From: Candidatus Dormiibacterota bacterium
GTDB taxonomy: Bacteria > Chloroflexota > Dormibacteria > Aeolococcales > Aeolococcaceae
Direction: 5' to 3'
DNA: 64,000 nt
NCBI GenBank assembly: GCA_963709585.1
Contig: CAVPXI010000021.1
Span: 64,001-128,000 of the forward strand
The notes beneath the pieces are model-generated. The model ran no database searches and was not told the DNA's origin. It worked only from the letters and a program-made list of their open reading frames with translations. The number at the start of each line of letters is the position of its first letter. Position 1 is the first letter of the stretch. The position numbers were made by a program, and so were the translations under genes. Below are positions 53,166 through 64,000 of this stretch, piece after piece.

Positions 53166-53616
53166 TTACGAGTTCGAGGGCCGCGACCAGCTCCTCCTGG
53201 AGATAGCCCAGGGCGATAAGGACGCCGTACTCGGGCTTCTGCTTGGTGGCATCGGTGGCGGTGTCCTCCCAGCCGTCACCCTCGATGCCCAGGATCTCGC
53301 CGGCAGCAACGCGGAGGTGATTGAAGGCACGGAGCCACCCGAGGGTCTGCGCCTCGGTGAGCGGCAGGGTGTCCTCGCCCCCGCTGAGCGCGTCGCGCAC
53401 CATGGTGAGGTCGACCTCACGACCTTTCTCGATGTCCGGCCGGACCCAGCGGTCGTACTCGGCCTGGAGCTTGGCGTCGTCATAGGCGCGCGGGGCCGAC
53501 GCCAGGGGTGCGGCCAGCCGGGGACCGAGCGAATCGATGATCCCGATCAGGGCTTCACGTTCGCGCTTGTCGACCTTCACCTGGATCCTCCCACGGCGAC
53601 GGAGCACCTGGGCCAT
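53166..53616 (-). CDS. DUF2017-like protein; apparent extra base near the 3' end
   Basis: PRAY.D, WLRAFN.LR..AG, LQEELV.AL; downstream of clpS as in Actinobacteria. Confidence 0.75.
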
Positions 53617-53633
53617 GTGAGGAGCTCCCGGGC

Positions 53634-53945
53634 TCAGGGACGGCCCAGGGTCGCCTGGAGTTCGAAGGAGTGGAGCTGCGCGACCGAGACCTCGGCCTGT
53701 TCCCGCGGCTGGGTCGCGACCACGGCGCGGCCCTCGTTGTGCACCTGGAGCATCAGATGCGTCGCCGTCGCGTGGTCGTATCCGAACATCCGGCGGAGCA
53801 CCAGCACGACGTACGACATCAGCGTGATCGGGTCGTTCCAGACCATCACGTTCCAGCCGAACTCACGCTGGTCGCTCTCCTGGCGGCCGGGGGCTTTCGC
53901 CGGGGCCGGAGCCTTGGTCCGCGTCGGCGCGGAGGTGGTCGCCAT
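53634..53945 (-). CDS. clpS: N-degron adaptor ClpS
   Basis: VWNDP..LMSYV, MLQVH.EGRAVV. Confidence 0.93.
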   Translation of the reverse strand: MATTSAPTRTKAPAPAKAPGRQESDQREFGWNVMVWNDPITLMSYVVLVLRRMFGYDHATATHLMLQVHNEGRAVVATQPREQAEVSVAQLHSFELQATLGRP

Positions 53946-54053
53946 GACAGCTAGCGTAGCTCAGGTCTCGCCATCAGTACCACCGCCGATCGGTTCCTTC
54001 CGCCCCCCTCCTCAAGCTGTCCGGCAACGGGGCTCCCGCAGGAGCGACGTCGC

Positions 54054-54270
54054 TCAGGCGGCGCGGAAGTCGACGACGCCCGCCCACGCGGACGGAGTCC
54101 GGGAGGGCTGGGCTGCAGGAGCCGTTGTCGGGGATGGTCACTCCGTCGAGCACCGCTTGCAGCGGCAGCTCGCAGTTGTGGCACACGATCCAGATGGGAC
54201 CCGGCTCGCTGACACGCCGTTCGAGACGGTGGCGCTCGCCGCATTCCTCGCAGGTGATGGTCACTCGCAT
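54054..54270 (-). CDS. Small zinc-ribbon protein; probable frameshift near 54130
   Basis: CEEC..CHNC; the alternative frame ends VVDFRAA-stop at 54054. Confidence 0.55.
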
Positions 54271-54522
54271 TTCGTGGCGCAGCGTCGCACGGCGGTTGCG
54301 ACGCCTCGCTGATGGCACTGTCGCGGCGCGCGCCAACGGTGTGCAACGAATCGGCGAAAGAGGATCGATCTGCCTCGGGTGATACACTCGGCGAGATCGT
54401 GATGGCATCGGTGCAAACGCGCCATTCAAGCCCCAAACACGATCATTTGAAGGCGAAAGCCACGCGACCCTGACCGGCGAGACGGATTGTTCTGAAGGCA
54501 GGAGTACGAGCAAAGGAGTGCA

Positions 54523-56104
54523 TTGACCCCGACGACGGCCCAGGAGCCCGAGACGCTCACCATGGAGGACCTCCTGCGGGAGGACCAGAATTCGATCAGG
54601 GCCCTGGCCCACGGTGACATCGTCGATGGTGTCGTCGTCCGTGTCGATCCCGACGAGGTCCTCGTCGACATCGGCGCGAAGAGCGAGGGAATCATCTCCA
54701 ACCGCGAGCTCTCGGCACGCGGGGAGCAGACGGTCACCCTCAACTCCGGTGACCAGGTCAAGGTCTACATCATCCAGCCCGAGGATGAGCACGGCAACGT
54801 CGTCCTCAGCCTGCGCAAGGCGCGCGCCGAGGGCATCTGGCAGGCCGTCGCAGAGAAGGAGTCCGAGGGCGAGATCCTCGACGCCGAGGTGCGCGAGCAG
54901 AACAAGGGCGGCCTGATCGTCAACATCATGGGCCTGCGCGGGTTCCTGCCCAGCAGCCAGGTGGCGCGCCAGTTCAGCGGCAACCTCATGGAGCTGGTCG
55001 GCACCAAGATCCCGGTCAAGATCCTCGAGGTCAACCGCAAGCGCAACCGGCTCATCGTGTCGCAGCGCGCGGCCCAGGATGAGGATCGCGCGCGCCAGCG
55101 CGAGGAGCTCTTCGAGAAGCTCAAGGTCGGCGACGTCATCACCGGCAAGGTGAGCGGCGTCACCTCCTACGGCGCCTTCGTCAACCTCGGTGGCGCCGAC
55201 GGCCTGATCCACATCAGCGAGCTGTCGTGGGATCGCATCAACAACGTCAGCGACGTGCTCACCGTCGGTGATGAGGTGTCCGTCAAGGTCATCAAGCTCG
55301 ACCCCGAGCTGTCGCGCATCAGCCTCTCGCTGCGCCAGATGTCACAGGATCCCTGGGACACCATCGAGCAGCAGTTCCCGCCCGGCAAGGCGGTGCCCGG
55401 CATCGTCACCAAGACGAAGAAGTACGGCGCGTTCCTCCAGATCGCCGACGGTGTCGAGGGCCTGCTCCACATCAGCGAGCTGTCGTGGGATCACGTCGAA
55501 CGCACCGAAGATGTCCTCAAGGTCGGCGAGGAGGTCGAGGTCATGGTGCTCAGCGCGGACAAGGTCCGGCGTCGCATCAGCCTCTCGCTGCGCCAGCTGC
55601 ACGGCGGCGGTCCGACCGGCGAGGGCGATGAGATCACGCCACCGTCATATGACTACCCCGAAGATGACGACGACGAGAGCGACACCGTGGTCACGGCGGT
55701 GACGCCGATGGCCACCGCGCTCGCCGACGCCGGCGTCGAGGGGACCACCCGGGCATCCGTTGAGCATGCGGTCGCGGCGGGCACCGCCAGCGCCGAGGAG
55801 ATTGCCGCCGACAACGCGCTCGCCGACGACGCGGCTGCGGACGACGCCGTCGCGGACGATGCCAGTGACGACGCGGCAGCCGCCGACGAGGAAGCCGAGG
55901 TCGACGCCGATACTGAGGATCACGACGACGACGTCGAGTCCGAGCTGGAGGCCGAGGTCGAGGAAGCCGCGGCGGCGAGTCCGGCGACGAGACGGCGGCA
56001 GCGACAGCCGCGCGCCGATGCGGCCACGGATGCCGCGCTGGAACCCCCGCGCGGACGGGGCCGGCGCCGGCGCCGATATCGAGGCTGCAGAACCGAAAGC
56101 CTAG
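54523..56104 (+). CDS. rpsA: 30S ribosomal protein S1 with long acidic tail; 3' end uncertain
   Basis: Four S1 repeats (VDIGAKSEG, GFLPSSQ, GLIHISELSW, GLLHISELSW); SD AAGGAG before TTG. Confidence 0.9.
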
Positions 56105-56283
56105 GGCGCCGTCACCAGGACGGTGACGCCGACGGTTGTGCGCAGCGACGAGGCCGTTTCGACGGAGCTACCAGCCCGTATTCGCAAAGTTGCTTAGCTG
56201 TCCGCCAACCCGGGTAGTATGAGGGGCGTTACAGCAGTGCCCGGGGTCTGACCCTTTCCATCCACGGGGGGGCCGGAAGGGCA

Positions 56284-58828
<2,545 letters not shown>

Positions 58829-58880
58829 CCTGCACCCTGCAGGAGGGTGAAATGTCTCTGAACCTTGGGAGCATCGCGGC

Positions 58881-59078
58881 GTGCGCTGGCTAGCTAGTCG
58901 CCCGCGCTGGCTGCTGCTCGGCGTGCTTGTGGTCTTGATTCTCTGTGTGGTGCTCGGTGCCGTGCTACGCAACGTGGTGCTCGGCTCGGCGATTCTGCTG
59001 GTGTTCTTTGTCTTCTTCGCGACTCTCATGGCCTTTGTGGGGCGCCGTGAGAGTCGTCGCCCTCGCAGCCCGCACTGA
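58881..59078 (+). CDS. Small 2-TM membrane protein
   Basis: Two hydrophobic segments and a basic tail. Confidence 0.55.
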   Translation: MRWLASRPRWLLLGVLVVLILCVVLGAVLRNVVLGSAILLVFFVFFATLMAFVGRRESRRPRSPH

Positions 59079-59122
59079 TCCCTTCCGGCGGCCGCCCAGC
59101 GCACCTCCCGCGGAGGAGTTGC

Positions 59123-59548
59123 TCAGCGCGGCGGCAGGGTCACAGTGGCGCCGTTGGTGCCGTCGATGATGTTGACCGTCACCGTCTGGCTGACGTCGAG
59201 CGCGGCGGGGGTCGTGATGATGCTTGTGGTCGCGGTGAGGTCGGCGGTGCACGGGCCGGAGTCCGGGGCTATGACCGTGATCCGCAACTGGTTGCGCTGG
59301 GGGACGACGAGGCTTACCGGAAGTCCTGGGCACGATCCGCTCCCCCAGGTCACCAACGCCATCCGGCCGGGCGCCCCCCAGACGGCGTCATCGCGCACAG
59401 CGCCACCTTCGCCGAGGCCGGGGACGCCGGGCGCGATGCCGCGGTAGTACCGCACCAGAAACGACGGACGGATTCCCGAGTCGCCGCAGGCGCCGACGAG
59501 CAGCATCGCCACAGCTACCGCCACGAGTGACGAGATGCGACGTTTCAT
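59123..59548 (-). CDS. Lipoprotein
   Basis: Signal peptide with LVGAC; TWGSGSCP...CTADL motif. Confidence 0.75.
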   Translation of the reverse strand: MKRRISSLVAVAVAMLLVGACGDSGIRPSFLVRYYRGIAPGVPGLGEGGAVRDDAVWGAPGRMALVTWGSGSCPGLPVSLVVPQRNQLRITVIAPDSGPCTADLTATTSIITTPAALDVSQTVTVNIIDGTNGATVTLPPR

Positions 59549-59589
59549 GTGTGTATTACGCCAGATGCGCCCCGGAGATCCCAGTCCTG

Positions 59590-60085
59590 TCAGACGCCGG
59601 TTGGCGGGGTCTCGCCGGGAGCGAAGCGACCCAGGTCTGCTCCAACCTTCTTGCCGATGTTGGCGATGTGGAGGTGAATCTCGTCGAGGAGATCCGTGGC
59701 CTTCTTCACCTGCGCGGTGAGGGCGGTGTTCTCGGCGAGCAGCGTCTTGATGTCATCGGTGTTGTTCTCGGTGTGCAGCGCCACCTCAGACGCAACCGCG
59801 TCAGCTCGTTTCGCGGCGATCAACAGGGCTGCCGCTTGAATGCCCGCCAGCATCGAGAGAAACAGGTTGAGCAGGATGAATGGGTACGGGTCAAATCCCG
59901 ACTTTCCGCCGACGTGAAGCACGCCGTTGACGACGGCCCAGATGATCATGACCCCGAAAAAGACGAAAACGAAGGGCCACGACCCCATCCCGTTGCGCAT
60001 CTTGTCGGCGGCTCGCTCCCCGAGTGAGAGTTGGTCGGCTCGCTCGTACCGTCGGATGTTTCGCCCATTGAGGTTGCCAAGCCAT
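59590..60085 (-). CDS. DUF1003-like membrane protein; frameshift near 60040
   Basis: GERAAD....GSW.F, FDPYPFILLNL.LS. Confidence 0.8.
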
Positions 60086-60185
60086 GGTCGATCTCCTTTG
60101 GAACGGATGCCACCTGCGTCACGTGCGGTTAAGGCTACGCCGCAAAGTTGACGACTCTGCAAGCGCTGCATCACTCTCAGTCGCG

Positions 60186-60662
60186 TTATCGAGATAGCTG
60201 GACCTGGGTGGGGTGGGGGGCTTCACTCAGCGAGGCGATGCAGGCAGTGAGCAGGCGCCGCATCTGATCTTGTTCGCTGACATCCAGATTGGCGAGCATG
60301 TCTTGCTCGACGCGGCGAACCGCTGCGCTGGCCACCTTGAGCTGGCGGCGCCCGCGGGCGGTCAGCTCGGTCGGCAGGGCCCTGCCGACGGGTGCCTGTG
60401 CCGGACGAAGAACGAGGCCTTGGCGTTCGAGGGCCTGCAGCAGCGCATGCATCGACTGCCGGGTGACGAAGGCGCCGCGGGCAAGCTCGGAGTTGGACAG
60501 ACCCGGTCGCTGGGCAAGCAGCTCCAGGCAGGCGTAGTGGGTGATCGTCATGCCAAGCGGCCTCAGCACGGTCTCGAGGGCAGAGTGGAGGACGCTGGCG
60601 GCCGCCTTCAGCATGTACCCCAGCGATGTGTCCAGCTCGACCCCGGGCTCGCCTTGACTCAT
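60186..60662 (-). CDS. MarR-family regulator
   Basis: LSNSELAR...TRQSM..LE..GLV.R...LT..G. Confidence 0.9.
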   Translation of the reverse strand: MSQGEPGVELDTSLGYMLKAAASVLHSALETVLRPLGMTITHYACLELLAQRPGLSNSELARGAFVTRQSMHALLQALERQGLVLRPAQAPVGRALPTELTARGRRQLKVASAAVRRVEQDMLANLDVSEQDQMRRLLTACIASLSEAPHPTQVQLSR

Positions 60663-60707
60663 GTCAGTAGTCTGACATACACTCCTGGTGTGTCAGAAGA
60701 CTGACAT
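60661..60707. promoter_or_regulatory. Two palindromic operators, probably for the MarR protein
   Basis: TGTCAG-N4-CTGACA at 60662-60677 and 60691-60706 in the divergent gap. Confidence 0.8.
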
Positions 60708-60727
60708 ACTAAGAGGAGGCAGCCATC

Positions 60728-61096
60728 ATGGCCGTCACAGGACCCGACTTCATTTCACTCCAGGTGCGCGACCTGGAGCGATCCGCCGCTTTCTACGAGC
60801 AGTACCTGGGGCTGAAGCGCTCCGACGCAGGACCGCCGCACGCCGTCGTGTTCGACACCAAGCCGATCGCGTTCGCCGTCCGCGACGTCGTCGCGGGCGT
60901 CGACCTGGACGCGATCGCGCAGCCGGGCCAGGGAATGGCGCTGTGGCTGCACGCCGCCGACGCGCAGGACATTCACGACGCCCTCGCCGCCGCCGGCACG
61001 ACGATCATCTCAGCGCCCCTCGACGGGCCGTTCGGCCGCACGTTCACGTTCGCGGACCCCGACGGCTACCAGGTGACCCTCCACGACCGCGGCTGA
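60728..61096 (+). CDS. VOC/glyoxalase family protein
   Basis: LQVRDLERSAAFY, PFGR.F.FADPDG; strong SD. Confidence 0.9.
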   Translation: MAVTGPDFISLQVRDLERSAAFYEQYLGLKRSDAGPPHAVVFDTKPIAFAVRDVVAGVDLDAIAQPGQGMALWLHAADAQDIHDALAAAGTTIISAPLDGPFGRTFTFADPDGYQVTLHDRG

Positions 61097-61109
61097 GCCG
61101 CAGGTCCAG

Positions 61110-61220
61110 CTATTCGTCGTGCAGCGCTAATCCTCGGTCGACCAATGCGTTGCGGAGGATGGCAAGCGCCCGAGGTCCCATGCCGTGCAGCGCGAGCAGG
61201 TCTGGCGCGCGATGCGCGGA
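61110..61220 (-). pseudogene. C-terminal remnant of a small HhH DNA-binding protein
   Basis: Manual translation DLLALHGMGPRALAILRNAL..stop; no N-terminal half. Confidence 0.5.
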
Positions 61221-61246
61221 GTTGGGAATGGTGACCTGTCTGTGGC

Positions 61247-62459
61247 TTAGGGCGGCGGCTCGACGACGGCAACGCCATCAGCGATGTGGATGCGCCAACC
61301 CTGCTCGTGCACCCGGCGGTGGTGCGTCCGGCACAACGAGACCAGGTTGTGGAGCTCGGTAGGACCATCCGGCCAGTGGATGATGTGGTGGCCATCGGTC
61401 CACGCGGGCGGGCGATCGCAGCCCGGAAACCGACACCCCTGGTCGCGCAGGTTGAGCGCGGTGCGGAGGTGTGCCGGGATGGTGCGCGTTTCCCGTCCGA
61501 CCGCGAGCGGCAGGACCGGTGGGCGGATGCCCGTCCACGCCGAACCTTCACTCGGCGGCGCGACCGCCACCACCGTCAGCGCCGCGTCACAGGCGATGCG
61601 CCGGGCGGTCTCGGGATGGATCGGTCCCACCCCGCGCAGCTCGGCCGGCCAGCCATCGGCGTCACCACGGAGGGTGTCCGCGCTCACCGTGAGGGTGAGA
61701 TGCGGCCGCTGCCCGTGGACATCGCGGTGGTCCCCGCAGCGCAGCTGGGTGGCGGCGAGCTCGACGAGCGCGTCGGCCCGGCGCTGCGAGCCGGTTCGGG
61801 TCTCGTCACGGTTCAACCCGTGACTGAGCGCGTCGATCGCGGTCTTCACCAGCGCGCCACCTTCGGCATCGAGCTCACCCCGGAGGACGAACACGCCTCC
61901 GTAGGTTTGCTCGCACTCGAACCAGCGCCGCTCGTGGGCGCGGTTGTCATCGGCCAGCACCCCGTCGGGATCGATCCGGAGTCGCGCCACCTGCGTGACG
62001 GTGCGCATGTCACCGAGGTCGAGCGTCTCCGCCGCGCCCACCAGGATGTGCTCCAGTGCCGCCACCTGCTCGACGCCGACATCATTGGCGAGCTGGGCGA
62101 TCATGGTCACGTTGCCCAGGGAGGCGCGACCGGCCCGGGCGCTGTCGAGACTGGAAGGTAGCTCGCCGAGCGTGCGCGCCAGCCGGACGCGATAGGCGCC
62201 CGCCTTCCATGACAAGGCGCAGTGATCGCGGACCCAGGACGCGGTGCTGCCCGCCCCGTCCGCCAGCGCTCCGTGGGCGCGATCGAAGCGGTCCAGGCGA
62301 CGGAGGAACTCGGCTTCGAGGCGATCGGCAGCCCGCCGGAGGTCGACGAGATCGGCGCCCAGCGCCTGGGTCGAGAAGCCGTCGATGGACTCGCCGACGA
62401 GTGCATCCACGTGCCTCGGTCAGCCGCTGTCGGGCATCCGGTATGGCGAACGCTTCCAT
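61247..62459 (-). CDS. DUF222 / 13E12-like HNH endonuclease; probable frameshift near 62412
   Basis: QRRADAL, ARRIACDA, RDQGCRFPGC..HH..W..NL..LC..HH..VH. Confidence 0.88.
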
Positions 62460-62466
62460 ACACAAT

Positions 62467-62487
62467 ATTATACCAAACACCTGTTCG
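62467..62487 (-). promoter_or_regulatory. LexA (SOS) box next to a TATAAT -10 element
   Basis: Minus strand reads CGAACAGGTGTTTG-G-TATAAT-N7-ATG. Confidence 0.8.
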
Positions 62488-62672
62488 CCACAGCACGGAC
62501 AATGTGCTCCCGCGCAGGGTAGAGACATCTCCGGCAAATGACATGCTCACCGCGAGGTTGTCCGTCGTGAATGATGTGTCGTTGCACGCCGATGCTCGCC
62601 TGGGCTCGGGTTGCGGGGGAGCTCCGATGCGTGGCAACTCGTCTGCGATCCCGCGCTCCCTAAGCGCGCCGG

Positions 62673-63637
62673 TCAGGGACCGGCGGCGTAGTCGATCGTG
62701 AACGAGCCCGAGCCGGTTGGAGGTCCGTCCCAGGCGGCGTACAGCTTGGTGCTGTAGCCGGCGAGTGCCGGGGCGCCTTCCGCGCTCGACGGAATGACCA
62801 CCGCGGAGGTCCACGTCGAGCCCTTGGACGTGCGGTAGTGAAGAACGTTGGTGTTGTTCTCCCACGCGACGTAGAGGATCTTGCTCCGGACGGCGGCCGC
62901 CGGCGCACCGAGCGCACTGGAGGACACGATCGTCGATGGACTGGACCACGTCGTTCCACTGAACTTGGAGTAGGTGATGGCTCCGTTCTGATCCCAGAAG
63001 TCGTACAGATGTCCTCCGTAGGAGGCCAGGCCGGGCCCGCCTGAATACGGCCCGCTGATGAACGACGACGGGACCGTCGCCTGCCCGGACCAGGATCCAC
63101 CCGTCACCGACTGGTACCAGACCGCGCCTCCGGTAGACCCGATCCACGAGAAGTACAGCGGACCGCCGAAGGACGCGATCGACGGGCTGTGGTACTGCTC
63201 GGTGATCGCGGAGGGCACCATTGTCTGCGCGGTCCAGGTGCTGCCGTTGAACTCCGCGAACCAGAGGGTGTAGGGGCTCGTCTCGCCCGTCCATGCCGCC
63301 TAGAACTCACCCTCATAGTTGGTCAACGCCGGGGCGGTGTATTGCGTCGTGAGCGCCGAAGGGATGGTCGCTGCCGCCGACCAGGTGCTGCCGCTGAAGC
63401 GGGAATACCAGATCTGATACGGGCTGGTCTGACCGACCCACGCGGCGCAGAGGTAGCCGCCAACCGAAGCGAGCGCGGGATCCGAGTAGCTCGCTGCGGA
63501 CGGATCGCGTGCGCCGCGCCCCAGGACCCGTTCCCATCTCGAGCAGCCCGAACCGCGACCGGACCGAATGCGCCCGCGACAACCAGACCGGTTACAACGA
63601 GCGGTAGCCCGAGTGTCCTGACAACACGCGGCTGCAT
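62673..63637 (-). pseudogene. Secreted six-repeat beta-propeller-like protein with a frameshift and an in-frame amber codon
   Basis: Signal peptide, six P.L.....LY..W..W repeats, TAG at 63300-63302. Confidence 0.65.
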
Positions 63638-64000
63638 GGGCGCGAGTATGGCCCCCGACAACCGCGGCGCACAAGCTACTCAGCCGGGCGGGGCCGCCGC
63701 CGTCAAGCGCCCAAATGGGTACCGGAAATGAGTACCCGAATGAGCCTTTCCCCCGATGGCGACATCAACGCATGCGCCATAGAGTTCGCGCTCATGCAGC
63801 CACCCACACCATCCCTCCTACCCCCGCAGCGCCCCCACCAGGCGAAGCCGCCGTCGCTGGCGGCTCTCCTCGTGGGCTCCATCGTCGGGCTCGCGGCGTC
63901 CGCGTCGTGGTGGGCGCCATGAAGGTCATCAAGGTCAAATACGGCACGTGGTCCAAGGGCAAGCTCACCGGCCAGTGGGCCGTGATACTCCTGTTCGGGG

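Noticed and set aside
63728-64000. Short ORFs at the right edge
   Set aside because: Too short or truncated to support a call

Overview
A 64-kb high-GC (about 70%) bacterial chromosome segment that is mostly housekeeping. It carries ppdK (3' part), dnaG-rpoD, tRNA-Asn, lepA-hemW-hrcA-grpE-dnaJ (CIRCE present, no dnaK), an inverted rsmE-mtaB-hit block, rpsU-ybeY-pth-mfd-mazG-divIC, two tRNA-Met, tilS-ftsH, panBC, nadBC, clpS, rpsA and clpC. The mix of Firmicutes-like gene order and actinobacterial-type genes is consistent with a Chloroflexota/Ca. Dormibacterota-like lineage (inference only). More than a dozen frameshifts, several in conserved housekeeping genes, point to indel errors in the assembly rather than real pseudogenes. 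No CRISPR array, prophage or transposase was seen. The best leads: (1) two tandem unannotated small RNA genes at 52.8-53.1 kb, each with its own promoter element and U-tract end; (2) two DUF222(-HNH) genes sharing the same LexA box-TATAAT-leaderless ATG promoter; (3) an orphan ParA with a small membrane-anchored partner; (4) an RNase Y-like protein lacking the KH GxxG loop, downstream of a LysR gene; (5) an in-frame mini-panD relic; (6) a 115-nt palindrome followed by a strongly G/T-skewed stretch. All product names come from motif recognition by eye; no database searches were run.
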